Program-made: the position numbers and the translations under genes
Assembly: GCA_002811645.1 (NCBI GenBank)
Contig: PDIP01000064.1
Coordinates: 208,763 to 272,762, forward strand
DNA: 64,000 nt
Reading direction: 5' to 3'
From: Corallochytrium limacisporum Hawaii
Lineage: Eukaryota > Protista > Pluriformea
Shown: positions 32,184 through 44,926 of the stretch, one piece after another
Numbering within the stretch: position 1 is the stretch's first letter
How the letters are laid out: each line of letters opens with the position of its first letter
Notes under the pieces: model-generated
Seen by the model: only the letters and a program-made list of their open reading frames with translations
Told to the model about the DNA's origin: nothing
Database searches by the model: none

Positions 32184-32590
32184 ATCGCCGGGTTGTCACT
32201 GAATTCTCTAATTCTTGTTGTCTTCTTCTCCGAAAAAAGATTTATTTTAGGCACCAGTTCCCAAATACCCGCATTATGGCAACAGATCAAGGTGTACCTG
32301 AAGTTTACCATTTATTTGCCATAGATGGTGACTCCGTGAAGCACCATAGTACGCCAGGAAGGTTTTCACAAACGGCCACTTTCAGTCCGTGACATCCCTG
32401 TATGAGAGCTCCTCTTCGCCAACCCACAATACACACAAGCGGTTGACCATTTTTCAGAAACCCACCCGCTTAGTGTTGTCACTTACTCGCACGTTCAAAT
32501 CATGGCACACAAATAACACACAGGCCCACAGTAACGATTGTCTTTCTATCCGCAAAAGGAAGGAAAGGAGTGCCTACTGCCACAGTGTGT

Positions 32591-32592
<2 letters not shown>

Positions 32593-32664
<72 letters not shown>
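32593..32664. repeat. (GT)36 microsatellite
   Basis: Directly visible, upstream of the AdoMetDC promoter. Confidence 0.99.
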
Positions 32665-32666
<2 letters not shown>

Positions 32667-35600
32667 TGCGGCAGAGTTCAGATGTGTGTATGTCAGCGCT
32701 TGCATACATTGATCTGCTGCACGGCTGTACTTAAGGTCCAGTAAACCATAATGAATCTATGGCACTTTACATCGGCTGTCCAACCAGGGTGGGCCGAAGT
32801 GGCCTATTCCGGCAAGGTTCAATACTGAATGTAAAGAAATCACATAGCACAAACGATTGTCCCAAAGCCTGTATGGTCACGTGGATTGTAAACACAGAGC
32901 GGTTAGAATGGGGGCCTATTTATATTGTCGGGAGTCTAATTTAATTTTCTGTGATGAATTCAGCAAGAAATATTGGAAGAAATCGACTCCCGTTGGGAAC
33001 ATTTTGTGGTCCTCGAAGAATTCCGAGGGCTGGGCATGGAAGCAGTTCAGGTTGCACCCGCTATGGCATCCCCCAATCAACATGTTTCTTGTGGTAGTGG
33101 TGACGATGTCAGATGCCTGTAGGACTTTCAGGGAGCTATTTCTGAAAACAATGCTAACTGTTACGATGGTCAAAGTACCGGTGAATCTTGCAGCCATTGT
33201 ATGGTGCATCCGCACGGGAGCAATCTCCTGGGTACACCACATTAGAACGGTTGCTGCCCAATGTTCCATTCGGGGTTTGCTCAGATCTCATTCCTTATTC
33301 TGAATTGACCTGAGGTACGGACGCTCCTCCGGCAACTTTGTCCGAATGTCCCATGCGGAAGTTGTAACTCAGACAGGGCAACAGCACCAGCATGGTGCGC
33401 TGTGCTCAGGCATTCTGCGTGGTGAACCCTGGTGACCGCATACACACCGTGTTTATCAAGGAGAATATCTGGCTATCACTATCTTCCCTTCCCCGTGGAT
33501 ACTCTATTCTTTCCGGACACAGCGAGTAGGTGGCGGAAGACCCCTGTCAGAACTACTTGCACACAATGCAAGCCCATTGCCCATCTCCTGACATGAAGAA
33601 AATTACAAACGATTGAGTGCCCTATGAGTTAGTGGATCGGGTTAGGCAATCGAGATAATCAGTGGCATCATCGTCTACGACTTCCCTCAATGTCCCTTAT
33701 CGTTGCACCCGCGCGGGATCATCCATACTCGAGACACCATGTTACATGTCATGTTTCAGCATTCTTGCCTTACAGATTGAATTCTCAAGTCTTACACTGT
33801 GATGATAAATCAGGACACAACCCAGGCATTCAAACCCAATTGTCCGCACACAATTACAGCCGTCGAGTGTTCCCGGGTGCTCCATTGACGTACTTACCAC
33901 AGCTGCAGCCTACATTTACTAAAGTTGTCTGTGTGAAACTGTGGACCCTGCTGCTTCATCATCCTGCTAATTCACCACCAGAAGAACGAGAGGACGATCG
34001 TCATAATACGTAGACCACAGTAAGGTATTGGCATACCATAGGCATGTCAAACCTGCCACTGCCCTCGAGCTATCTGAGCTCTGAAATTCCCATCTTGCGG
34101 TCCCTTTCCTCGCTCAACTAGTGGCTACGGTGCGTGTGGCACGATCAGATGGTACCAGCATTTTCCGCCACTTTGGGTTGTGGACGCATTGGAATCTGCA
34201 GCAACACCCGGTGCCTGGTAATGCAATTGAGACCCGTAGGGTCGGGTGCAGGTGAAAATGGAGACCTGTCCCAGATCTTTGCCACCGCGGCGGTGTTCGA
34301 ACGAGCACGCATCGTATCCCCGTTTTATATTTCTGAACGTCAGAATAGTTGGTTGCAGCGCGGGGACATTTTGAAGTGCAGAAGCATTGGAACTAATTAT
34401 ACTGTAGTAATGGCATCCAAATTTGTGTATGCAGCGGTGCATTATCTACGTGCACGCCCCCTTATTGTGGGATGCTGAGGATCATGAGATCGACAGCACT
34501 CCAAAAGCGAAACAAAATTACTCACAAAAGTACGGTCACAACGGACCACTCTTCTCCTCGGTCTGACAGTAAACTTTTGGGGAGAAGAATGAGGGGGGAC
34601 CGGAGAGGATCAGAGCGAGACGGACGGAGAAGGGAGAGAGGGGCAGGTCACGATTGCTGGGTGGCGGCCGGATGGTGCGGGCGCGCACCAATGGAAAAAC
34701 ATGGAAATACTTCCGGGAGTATTTCCCTACCCTCCCACCCGGCAGGTATACCCCGGGTGCCCAAGGGGGAGGGGGGGGGGGCAATTCTGCCGCTGTTCCT
34801 TATTTCTAAGTATTTCTTCTTCGGTGTTGTGTGGAGAAGTTAGAAATGGGGGATCTCCATACTAAATATACTGCAATAATGGCCAATGGAATCCTAGTGC
34901 TGAGAGTGTTACCAGTACAAACCGTAGGCGGATCGGACCCAAAATGAGCGGGAGCAGCTATTGGACACACTCTTCATCACTGAGAAGAGTTTCGGGTGAC
35001 TGGTGGTGGTGGTGGTGGTGGTCAGGGGTGGCAATAAAAACACTGGCCTCCCGAAAACCGTTTGGTTATAAAAGGCCAGTCGAGGAGGGGTGTGTGTGTG
35101 TGTATGTGCGTGTAACACACCGTAAGCAGAAAAGCAGTTCTGCTGTCGGTAGCACAAGACCCCACGAATATTCATTTAGCTCCCTATGCGTTTTGCCCCC
35201 CCCCCTTCTCCCCCCGGGGCTTCAATATTCTGATCTCAGATTTTTAGTTTAGCCTGGTTTTTTTTGCAATTTTTGGTGCAGAGGGAGTCTGCGATTTGAC
35301 CATATTCTTCAGTGCTTTGCCTGAAAAAGGCAATACTGAGGGATCTGGAGGTAGGAGCGCCCCATTTTCGAAAAAATTGAAACGAGCAAAAAGGAAGGTA
35401 GAAAAAAAGGAAGGAGGGGGGGGGAGAACACAGCAGAGATTGGGCACTCCGGAACGGACCACTCACGGGGCTTGAGGAGTAGTAGAGGGGGGCGCGGCCG
35501 TAGTTGTGCACATTCGTCAAGGGACCCCCCGTGGAATAAAAAGTCGGGCGGGAATATGGGGTAGGAAACATGCAGTGCGCTTGTGCGAGATCTTGCACGG

Positions 35601-38049
35601 ACTCGAGGCGGTGGCATGGAGAAGAAGAGAGAGAGAGCGAGAGAGAGAGAGAGCGCGAACGCGAATGAAGAGTGAGCAGACCGTGACTGAATATGGACCT
35701 AGGCACCTGCCAACTTCGTGTTTTATTTAGTGTCGCGATTTGCGGACCGATGTCGGGATCTGTGCATCTTCAGAACATGCGCCATCTAGCGTGTATTCGG
35801 CAGATCCGCAAGCGCTGCGATCGAATGCGAGGATGTTGGCGGAAGCTGAGATACTAATGTACACACAGATAGCCAGTGATACCGGAGTGTGCAGACGGCG
35901 ATTTGTACAATGAAAGACCTGTAGTCCGGTTTCATCACAACAATTCTTTAATCGCTCGCTCCGCACAGCACCTGCTAAGTTAAGCTTGGTAGCTATTATC
36001 CTGTCCATACTTGGACTATACTGAGTCCCTTGGAAGACGAAAGGGTGCCTGGCCTTTTTTGGTTTTTTCAATGCACATCCCAATCAATGGTGTCCCTTCC
36101 CACTGATCGGTGGGTATCCCGTCACCCTGCCTCTGTAATTGATCTTAGGCAACCCGTAAACGTAGCACCTTGGGTAGAAAATATATAGAATCCCGCCTCA
36201 TGGAATGTAAACATACGATTTCCGAATGAAAAAAAATACACAACACAGCAGAGCCCCGGTGGTTTTGTAGCGGCCACGGGCTCCCCCCCAACCCTCTACG
36301 ATTCCATTTTTCCCCGTCTACAGTCGCCGAGCACCTGACGAGCTGGTTCTTTCTTTTTCTTTTTCTTTTGGTGCAGTGTTCGCGTTCTGAAAAACTTCGG
36401 AAAGGCGAAACTGATGAACAGGTCACGATACACGCAACACTGCACCGTTGGTAAGACAATGTCCGCAGAGCTCGAGCCGGAAAGGGGAGCAGATGAATAA
36501 AGGACAGTCCGGGGTGGCTACAAAGGCTGGGGCGGTTGGCACTTGGACAAGACGAAGCCCCCAAGGGGGAATCGGTGCGCCGCGCTTCATGAACAAAGCA
36601 TTCCTTCGCCCTGGCCCTCCCCCTCCCCCCTTCCCTTCCACACTCTTTCTGCCGTTGCAGCGTATCCCAATCTGAAGCGAATTCAATGGATATGAATGAA
36701 AGGTATGTAAACACAAGGCAACGACAGAAGGTTGGGGTGCGCAGTTAAAGAAGAAGAAAAAAGAAAAACCAGGACGCAACACTTCCCCTCCAACCGCCCT
36801 CCCCCTCTCCTCCCCTCGTTTTCAACTCTTCGCGTCTCCCAGCGCTCCGGTTCCGTTTCGTTTTTATCGGCTGAGCACGAACAAATGACCTGGCGTCTGG
36901 CGCGTGTGTACACTCACACGCACAGAGCGCTTTGCTCTTCTCAATCAGATCAGATGGTAAAGTTTAGGGGTATAATTGATATCCTAATTCGCATACTGGT
37001 TCATAACAAGTGAATATGACATGGTGGGCGCGAAGCGATCAAAGAAGGAGACTGGGCGAGCAAAACACAATATCATCACGGGTCCACCTGTCCCACGCGA
37101 TCTGATTCCTGTTGTATACAGAAGAGTGTGGGGGAGGCTCAAATAGGTCTGTTCCGACATCCTACACTGTTCCAATACATAATGTACACGTACCAAAAGA
37201 GGAAGAGGTGGTGATGGCGTATTATTTAACCAAGACCACGATGGGGAGGTTCGATTTATTCACGCAGATGCATTCCACATTGTTCCGCGAATGCTCCTCA
37301 TTCTGACACCGCTTATCTTTGTGTTCTTCCACTCCCCCACCCCTCCCCCACCTGCCCCTCCGCTCCGGTGTCCCCCCCCACCTCCGCTCCGCCCCGTGCT
37401 CTGCCGCCTTCATTTACATACAAACACAACGGGTAGAACCACCTAAACAAAACTGAAACTATTCCCAACCCACGGAATTTGGTCGCTCAGCAGTTTTTCC
37501 CGAAGACTGTTGTTTGCTTTTTCGCCACCCCCCCTCCTTGGCTGGTGATTATCGAAACAATTTTTTCCCTCCTTTCTCATTTCTGGTTTTACGGTGATTG
37601 GGGTTTGCCTATGGCCAAAGTTGGTCTTTCTTTTTCGGTGGTGAGTTTGGTATGTAAATTTTTTTCCTGCTTCTGTCTCCTGTGCGCCTTGCTACGCAAT
37701 CCAATCTTCCCTGTGGGCTTTTTGACGTATGTTTGCAGCGAGGGAGCTTTTCTACGTACAGACTCCTTCTCGTCCATACGGACCCATCTTGGATACAGAA
37801 AGCCTTGGGTATAGAAAATATACCCCGAAATATTGTCGCAGTCTCACTGACGGAACAATATTTTCGTCTGAGGTGCGATAGTTTGGGGTGGTTGGCATGA
37901 CGGATGAAATGGCAAGGAGGGGGCCACTGGGAAAGGGGCAAAAAGACCAAAGGGGGACCCCGCCCGACCGTTCTTGGGAGGTTGGGGAGAGGGGGAGGAG
38001 GGAGCGAGAGGCGGTTCTGGGTAAAGGGGGGGAAAGACCGCGGCCCCGG

Positions 38050-38340
38050 NNNNNNNNNNNNNNNNNNNNNNNNNNNNNNNNNNNNNNNNNNNNNNNNNNN
38101 NNNNNNNNNNNNNNNNNNNNNNNNNNNNNNNNNNNNNNNNNNNNNNNNNNNNNNNNNNNNNNNNNNNNNNNNNNNNNNNNNNNNNNNNNNNNNNNNNNNN
38201 NNNNNNNNNNNNNNNNNNNNNNNNNNNNNNNNNNNNNNNNNNNNNNNNNNNNNNNNNNNNNNNNNNNNNNNNNNNNNNNNNNNNNNNNNNNNNNNNNNNN
38301 NNNNNNNNNNNNNNNNNNNNNNNNNNNNNNNNNNNNNNNN
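38050..38340. other. Assembly gap (N run) in G-rich sequence
   Basis: N characters. Confidence 1.
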
Positions 38341-38819
38341 GGAGGAAGAGAGGGGGAAGCAGCAGAAGAAGAAGGAAGAGAAAAAGAAAGAGGAAGGAAA
38401 AGGGGGATGGAGGGGGGGGGAGAAGGGGAATGTGGGTTGGAACGAAATGAGTGAGGCTGAGACTGTGCACGAGAAACTTCAGGTCCGGAAGTTCTGCAAT
38501 TGCAGCAGGTGAGTTCGGAAAAAATTGTACCCGATGAGATTGGCCGGCCGCTCGTGTCTCTTTAAAGTCTTGCTGACCCCCCTGTAGACATACTCTGCCC
38601 GAGAGGAAAATCGCGTGTAACGAATCCCCGGACGTATCGGGCCCGACCATACAAAGCATCACCAGACGTAACCGATGTCACAATGATGAGTTACGTAGTG
38701 CCTTCAGTTGGACAAGAGCTGGCTTCACCAAGGTATAATAGTGATCATATTCAAAATCACATTGGACATGGAAGGTGCGTTGGAAACCACATAGTTATAG
38801 ATCAATACAAGACGCAAAC

Positions 38820-41222
38820 ATGCCTTCCAAGATACTATTGGTATCCTGGGGTCTGGCCGCTCTGTGCGCTGCATGCAGTGGCCTTCCCGCACTTACAGAA
38901 AGCGAAATCACCCTCCCTGGTACGGGCAATAGCACAACAGAATGGATCGACACCTCAATCCCTTTTGACTACCACCCTGAACACAGACGTCGGGCGGTTG
39001 TAGGAGAGACCGAGCTGTTCATTATCGAACTACCCAATGCTGCAGAGACTGAGCAGGGTGTGCGTCTGATGCACAAGCACACAGAGGATCGCCGCCGTCG
39101 CAGTGCTGCGGGTGAGAAGTCTGCAGAACCTTCTGCTTGGCTGCGGTACAAGGAAGAAATGGTTCGCGGGGTTGAACTTGCGATCAACCAGCACAGTGTG
39201 CTGGGCGGGGCGGTACATGTCGTGAGTCGCCTGATCCACTCCGTGAGTCCCCGTATTGTGGTCAGTGTGGACAAGACTGCCGTATTGAGCCACAATGAAG
39301 TTGTTGACATGAACGACAAGGACCAGCCTGACCACGAGATCATTGTTGGGTTGCTGTCCTCCTTGCACGGTGTCCACGGCGTGCAGCGCGATCGCAACCT
39401 CGAGGGTGTCAAACTGGAGAGGCGCATCCTTCAGTCCAGCCTACAGAATAACCTCGACAGTATCGATAACCGAGACTATGCTCTTAACGACTTTGCCTAC
39501 TACTACACGTCAGGGGATGTGAGTAACTACCAAAAGCTGGTGATGGTCGTCATCGACTCCGGTCTCAATGAGCACCAGGAGTTTGACGGAATGCGGGTCC
39601 AGCGTACAGCAATGGACGGCTTCAATACCCCTGAAGACCAGTATGGTCATGGTACTGCAGTGGCATCCAATGCGGTGGGTTTTCTGATGGGCACAGCTCA
39701 CACCCAGACGGCTCGTCAGAATGACCCAATGCTGTGGACCATCAATGCCTCTAATCCGCTCACTGGTCTATACCCGTTCACTGTGGTCGTAACTGCCATG
39801 GACAGTGTGCAGAGGGAGTACGAAGCAAATGGTTCATGTGACAAAAGCTATGTTGTCAACCTCAGCCTCGCTGCACGCCGTGACAGCTCTACCTCAAGTG
39901 ATGTCATGTCTGACTATATTCGGCAGATGGTTGAGTACAACAAAGCCAACTATCCCGGATGTGGACAGATCCACTTTACGGTCGCAGCAGGCAACGAGTC
40001 TGATGATGCTTGTATGTACACACCGGCCTTCATGCCTGAGGTCATCACTGTCGGTGGCCTGGAATCCAGCACCCCCACCGTGGCTGGCTTTTCCAACAGG
40101 GGCTCGTGCGTCGACATTAGCGCAAACGGTGTGACGGGTGCCGCTCACTATGAGGGCTACACTAGCTACGGCACGTATACTGGCACAAGCTTCTCCGCGC
40201 CTCTTGTTGCTGGTACACTTCTGAACATTCTGTCAGAGAACCCGAGGATGGATAGTAATGAACTGCGTGGACGAATGCTTCAGGATTCTGCCGGAACGAG
40301 CCGCGTGCATAGCATTACGTATATTGCCGACGGGGTGAACTGCCCCGCGGAATGTTCTCCACACATGCTCGGTGACAACACCTGCCAGGACGCGTGCCGC
40401 ACCTGCCAGGGCGACGGTGGTGACTGCACATGCGCCAAGTCTTGTGACCAAGTAACGTGCACCGAAGACAACTTTGCCGCCACCTGTGGTGATCCGGATA
40501 CCTCTGTGGAGCCCCCTACCTCGACCGCGTCTTCCACAAGTCCCACCACGACTCCCACTAGCAGTCCAGACAGCTCTACCAGCGACAGCTCTACCAGCGA
40601 CAGCTCTACCAGCGACAGCTCTACCAGCGACAGCTCTACCAGCGACAGCTCTACCAGCGACAGCTCTACCAGCGACAGTTCTACCAGTGACAGCTCCGCT
40701 ACAGACCCTACTACTACTTCTACTTCTACCGATTCAACATCCAGTGGCACTCCCACCACTGAACCTACCACTACTCCGAGTGACCCTACCAGTACTGATA
40801 GTTCCACATCCACTAACAGTAGCTCCTCCAGCGATGGCAACACGACTACCCGCACGGACAGCACCAGCTCCGGGAAGCCTCCTTCCAGTACCACTACAAG
40901 CACTAGCAGCAACAGTGGCGACAGCAGCACGGACAGCTCCAGCACAGACACTTCTACTACTACTTCTACCAACAGCAGCAGCAGCCAAAACGGTAGCACT
41001 AACAGCACCAGCAGCACCACCACCACCACCACCATCACTGATCCCACAGAAACCAACCCTGAAACCGCCGTGTCAACGAGTGTCAACGGTGGGCAAGGGA
41101 ATGATAGCGGGAGTGATGACCCTGATCTATCCGGGACCAATGGAAACAATGGTGCCGGTATCGTGTCACCGATGCGATCGCTTCTGATTGCATCTAGTAT
41201 CTTACTTGCTTTCCTGGTCTAA
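38820..41222 (+). CDS. Secreted subtilisin-like (S8A) serine protease with LNR-like Cys module, Ser/Thr-rich stalk and GPI signal
   Basis: Signal peptide MPSKILLVSWGLAALCAACSG and a prodomain. Triad motifs VIDSG, YGHGTAVAS and GTSFSAPLVAG, oxyanion AAGN. Cys module CPAECSPHMLGDNTCQDACRTCQGDGGDC and C-terminal NGAG...LLIASSILLAFLV. Confidence 0.93.
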   Translation: MPSKILLVSWGLAALCAACSGLPALTESEITLPGTGNSTTEWIDTSIPFDYHPEHRRRAVVGETELFIIELPNAAETEQGVRLMHKHTEDRRRRSAAGEKSAEPSAWLRYKEEMVRGVELAINQHSVLGGAVHVVSRLIHSVSPRIVVSVDKTAVLSHNEVVDMNDKDQPDHEIIVGLLSSLHGVHGVQRDRNLEGVKLERRILQSSLQNNLDSIDNRDYALNDFAYYYTSGDVSNYQKLVMVVIDSGLNEHQEFDGMRVQRTAMDGFNTPEDQYGHGTAVASNAVGFLMGTAHTQTARQNDPMLWTINASNPLTGLYPFTVVVTAMDSVQREYEANGSCDKSYVVNLSLAARRDSSTSSDVMSDYIRQMVEYNKANYPGCGQIHFTVAAGNESDDACMYTPAFMPEVITVGGLESSTPTVAGFSNRGSCVDISANGVTGAAHYEGYTSYGTYTGTSFSAPLVAGTLLNILSENPRMDSNELRGRMLQDSAGTSRVHSITYIADGVNCPAECSPHMLGDNTCQDACRTCQGDGGDCTCAKSCDQVTCTEDNFAATCGDPDTSVEPPTSTASSTSPTTTPTSSPDSSTSDSSTSDSSTSDSSTSDSSTSDSSTSDSSTSDSSTSDSSATDPTTTSTSTDSTSSGTPTTEPTTTPSDPTSTDSSTSTNSSSSSDGNTTTRTDSTSSGKPPSSTTTSTSSNSGDSSTDSSSTDTSTTTSTNSSSSQNGSTNSTSSTTTTTTITDPTETNPETAVSTSVNGGQGNDSGSDDPDLSGTNGNNGAGIVSPMRSLLIASSILLAFLV
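40569..40697 (+). repeat. Coding minisatellite, 15-bp unit GACAGCTCTACCAGC (DSSTS) x about 8.5
   Basis: Seven perfect units, one synonymous variant and a partial ninth, within the protease stalk. Confidence 0.97.
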
Positions 41223-41438
41223 TTCAGGGTGCCCAAGTTTGATCTTTATTCCTGTAACATTCTTTAGTCCCTTAGAATCCATTCAGTATCATACCGTAAG
41301 CATCATAGCATCATATCATAGAAATCCATCATAACATCGCATCATTATAAAAACATTACACAGACATAGAACAACCAAGCATGCTTCGCATAGCCATGGC
41401 AAATATGCAAGTACATACGTTTCATGTAAGGAAACCTA

Positions 41439-42443
41439 TTATGAGTCGATGACGCGCCACATGTAATAGCAGGCCACACTACGGTACGGCCTCCAAAACT
41501 CGGTTACCTCCTCGAACTTGGCATCCGGAATACGGCCCTTTTGCTTGTCCCCGACACTGCCACTCAAACCAAAATGTGTGGCAAGCCCTTTCCGAATTCC
41601 AAGGTCCCCAAGAGGCAGCACATCGCTATGACCGAGGGAGAACATGAGGAGCATGTCCACTGTCCAAGGGCCCACGCCCTTGATACTGCACAAGTCCTCC
41701 TTGACTTCACTTTCCGCTAAACTCGACAGGTGTTGCCCTGCCACGTCATCCCCAAGGTTCTCTTTGAAGTGTCGCGCAATATTCTGGACATACTCCGCCT
41801 TTCGAGCAGACAGACCGCAGGCCTTCAACTCCTCCTGGGATACTCTGAGAATGTCTGCAGGCATAACACTCTCAGGATCAATGTCGGGGGATCCACCGAC
41901 GAGAGTAAGGAAGCGATCGTATATCTTCTTGCATGCCTTTGTGCTAAGTTGTTGATAGATGACCGATCTCACTAGAGCAATGCAAATATTTGGTGCTTTG
42001 CGGAAAGTTGGAAAGCCAAAGCGCTCCATTAGTGACGCCAAGGCCGGATCTACCGATCCAAGGTGCTCCCGCGCCTTACGAAGACAGTATCCTAGCTCAA
42101 CTGCAGGTGTGAGTGGTTCCTTTAAAACGACTACATTGTCTACCCAGTCGACCTCTTTGTTCTTGGATTTCTTCGGGGACTCAACAGTAACCTTTGCTTT
42201 GGTTGCACTTAGCACAGGATTTGCAGATTTGCGATGTTGTGTTCTTGTGGTTGTTCGAACCACTTTTATTGATCTCTTCCCTTTATTTCCCGTAATCAAA
42301 GAGGTCTGAGGTCTTAAACTCTGGGTTTGGAGCGTTTTGCTCCTCGTACGCTTTGCAACCATGTTGAGACGAACTAGGCGGCAGCCGAGCATCCCCCTAC
42401 TACCGGGCCCTACGAACCTTTCTATTGATCGTTTTCCAGCCAT
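41439..42443 (-). CDS. DNA-3-methyladenine glycosylase II (AlkA/Mag1, HhH-GPD superfamily)
   Basis: LVRSVIYQQLS, GLSARKAEYV, HhH LCSIKGVGPWTVDMLLMFSLG, DVLPLGDLGIRKG and WRPYRSVACYYMW. It has a basic N-extension, so the start could be a later ATG. Confidence 0.94.
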   Translation of the reverse strand: MAGKRSIERFVGPGSRGMLGCRLVRLNMVAKRTRSKTLQTQSLRPQTSLITGNKGKRSIKVVRTTTRTQHRKSANPVLSATKAKVTVESPKKSKNKEVDWVDNVVVLKEPLTPAVELGYCLRKAREHLGSVDPALASLMERFGFPTFRKAPNICIALVRSVIYQQLSTKACKKIYDRFLTLVGGSPDIDPESVMPADILRVSQEELKACGLSARKAEYVQNIARHFKENLGDDVAGQHLSSLAESEVKEDLCSIKGVGPWTVDMLLMFSLGHSDVLPLGDLGIRKGLATHFGLSGSVGDKQKGRIPDAKFEEVTEFWRPYRSVACYYMWRVIDS

Positions 42444-43393
42444 GGTTCCCTAACTCAAATGGGACTCGAATACCATCGGAGGCGCAGTCACTTTGAATTG
42501 ATGTTTTACACATCCGTAGCCTGTCAGGGTCTCCGAATATACTCAATCTACAACACACTTGGAGACGCTGGCTCACGACCTGACGGGCAAGGTCACTGGG
42601 ACCATCCCTCCCTCTCGTCGGCACGCCGCCGCTCTCTTGGAGAACTCTCAACCTCTCCGGCAAGAAAATGGGCCCCTATTAAGAGCGCTGGCGATTACCA
42701 TACGGGGGGATCGCATCGCATCCACTTCAGCGATTCCTTGCTGGAATCGGAAGTTGTTGTTGCCGCTAACGACGAGCATGTACACCAAGACATCGCACCT
42801 TGAGTGGACTCCATGGGGATTCCAGAAGGTGGCAGTGCACACCAAACACTCAGATGCTCCTGTCCGGGTCACGGTCGCTGCCGCAAGAATCTGACCAAAA
42901 TCGCACGGTACGGAACGAAAACCCAGGCCTCCGCAAGGGGAAAAAAAGAGTGTGTCTGTTGAAATTGGCTGTGTCTGAGGTCTGTGTGCCCAACCCCCCC
43001 CCTTTTCTACCTGCGGGGCTATGTGTGCCCTGGCTGGGCTTAAAACTACCGGGCGCCCAATGATTCCAAAGAATTTTCTGCTCCTCTGATCTCTCTTTTT
43101 TTTTCTATAGACTCACCGAGGGTGCACGTTCCCTCTCGTTATGGGCTCGACCGTCGTTATACTATAAGAGTAACCCATACTACCCAGAATAAGTGTCCTC
43201 GAGCAGTGGCAGTACTTTCCGGGATGTGAAAAAAAAATAAGTGCAGTGGTCCTCACCATCTCAGCCTCTCATGCCGTTCACACATGGCCGGTGGTGTGCT
43301 CCCTTGGCTTTTCGCGCCCCTCCGGCCCGCTGGGATTGGTTCAGAGGACCGTCCCAAGCACGAGCTCCCGGCGGGGGGGGGGGGGGGGGGGGT

Positions 43394-43592
43394 NNNNNNN
43401 NNNNNNNNNNNNNNNNNNNNNNNNNNNNNNNNNNNNNNNNNNNNNNNNNNNNNNNNNNNNNNNNNNNNNNNNNNNNNNNNNNNNNNNNNNNNNNNNNNNN
43501 NNNNNNNNNNNNNNNNNNNNNNNNNNNNNNNNNNNNNNNNNNNNNNNNNNNNNNNNNNNNNNNNNNNNNNNNNNNNNNNNNNNNNNNNNNNN
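43394..43592. other. Assembly gap flanked by a duplicated ~35-bp sequence (probable false gap)
   Basis: GACCGTCCCAAGCACGAGCTCCCGGCG followed by poly-G occurs at both 43347 and 43593. Confidence 0.9.
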
Positions 43593-44518
43593 GACCGTCC
43601 CAAGCACGAGCTCCCGGCGGGGGGGGGGGAGGGGGGGTTTTTCTTCAACCTCCCCCCCAATTTTTTTTCTTTTTCCTTTCCTCGTGTATTTTTTTGCATG
43701 GAAATTTTCTACCCATTTGTTTCAAAGATGATACGAAAAGGTAGACCCCACTGACCACAATTCATTCATCGGGCCCAGGCGGAGAACCGGGGAGTCTGCA
43801 GAAAAACAAAGGACCAAAGATCGCGAGCAGTAATCGCAAGTGAACGAGCGCTCGATATTTCTGCACTCGTCATTGTCCTGAGCCCCGTTCAAAAATATTG
43901 CAGGTTTGGCACACGAGCGCCACACACCAAGTGTTTGACCAACCCGCCCACCCCTAGAACCCCCCTACCAAACCCACCTCTCCCCCCGCCTTTTTGTATT
44001 TATCCGAGCGATTTCAGGGTGTACGTGCTTCCTGGTACTTGCGCACCATGCACACTGTCGACCAGTAGCCGATTTTCTTCAGGTGATCTTCGTGGTCCGT
44101 AACATGAAGAAAATAGAGACTTCCATCATCCAGTAGCCAATATAGGGGAAATCAATCGGTGCACAGCGCGATTATCGGCCTGTTTTTGTCAAACATTATC
44201 GTGCTAGGAAAGCTCGTTGGAGTTGGTGGGCACCGAACCCCTCTATTGACTTGACGCAACGATGGCCCGGTGGTGATAACCAGGAGTTTTCATGTAAGGC
44301 CGGAAGGAAAAGGGGAAAAGGGGGAGGTGATGAGGGCCCGAATCATTGGTCACAGAGCGCCATGGAACCATGGGCATCGAAGAAAATGTGCAGACCGTGG
44401 CGACTAGATAATGTTCCGATCATTTGGGCAACTTGGTGGCATTCCTTGCTTTTCCTCCTGCGCACTTGCCTTTTGGACCGCCGTGACGGTTGGAGCGATG
44501 ACTACACGCCCGTTCAGA

Positions 44519-44524
<6 letters not shown>

Positions 44525-44578
<54 letters not shown>
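44525..44578. repeat. (AG)27 microsatellite
   Basis: Directly visible. Confidence 0.99.
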
Positions 44579-44581
<3 letters not shown>

Positions 44582-44884
44582 GTGGGGGGGGCCCGTGGCA
44601 CAGTTGTCCCCCCCCCCCTCCGTCCCCTTTCGAGTGGCTGAATAACCTCGCCGCCAACCAACTTCCTTGCGCATGGGAGGGGCTCGCAGTGGAGCTTTTT
44701 TTTTCCCTTTCAGCCGCCGCACCCAGCCACAACTACTCCGTCGCGCTACACTCCTAGAAAGAGTATTTAATCAAAGGAATATTAAACAGGGAAAGGCACA
44801 TGTCTGTGCTCTTCCTCACTTTGTACACCTCCCTCGAAGGACAAAGACAAACCCTCCGCAGCACGAATGATGCGGAAAGTATGA

Positions 44885-44926
44885 GTGCGTGCGTGCGTAC
44901 GTACGTACGTACGTACGTACGTGCGT
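44885..44926. repeat. (CGTA)n / (CGTG)n tetranucleotide repeat with a self-complementary core
   Basis: gtgcgtgcgtgcgtacgtacgtacgtacgtacgtacgtgcgt. Confidence 0.95.

Noticed and set aside
32389-32744. ORFs with (CV)n, and (RE)n/(SL)n ORFs near 44251-44757
   Set aside because: They are translations of microsatellites.
32857-34480. Possible pseudogene or transposon remnant between AdoMetDC and the subtilisin (similarly 11400-12400 and 47700-49300)
   Set aside because: Only short ORFs in several frames with no motif I can recognise. A TBLASTX/HMM search would be needed.
40569-40697. CRISPR-like repeat array
   Set aside because: These are head-to-tail repeats without spacers inside a eukaryotic CDS, and there are no cas genes.
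43347-43630. Direct repeat flanking the N gap, considered as a possible LTR or target-site duplication
   Set aside because: The same sequence runs into poly-G on both sides of the gap, which is typical of an unmerged contig overlap at a homopolymer.
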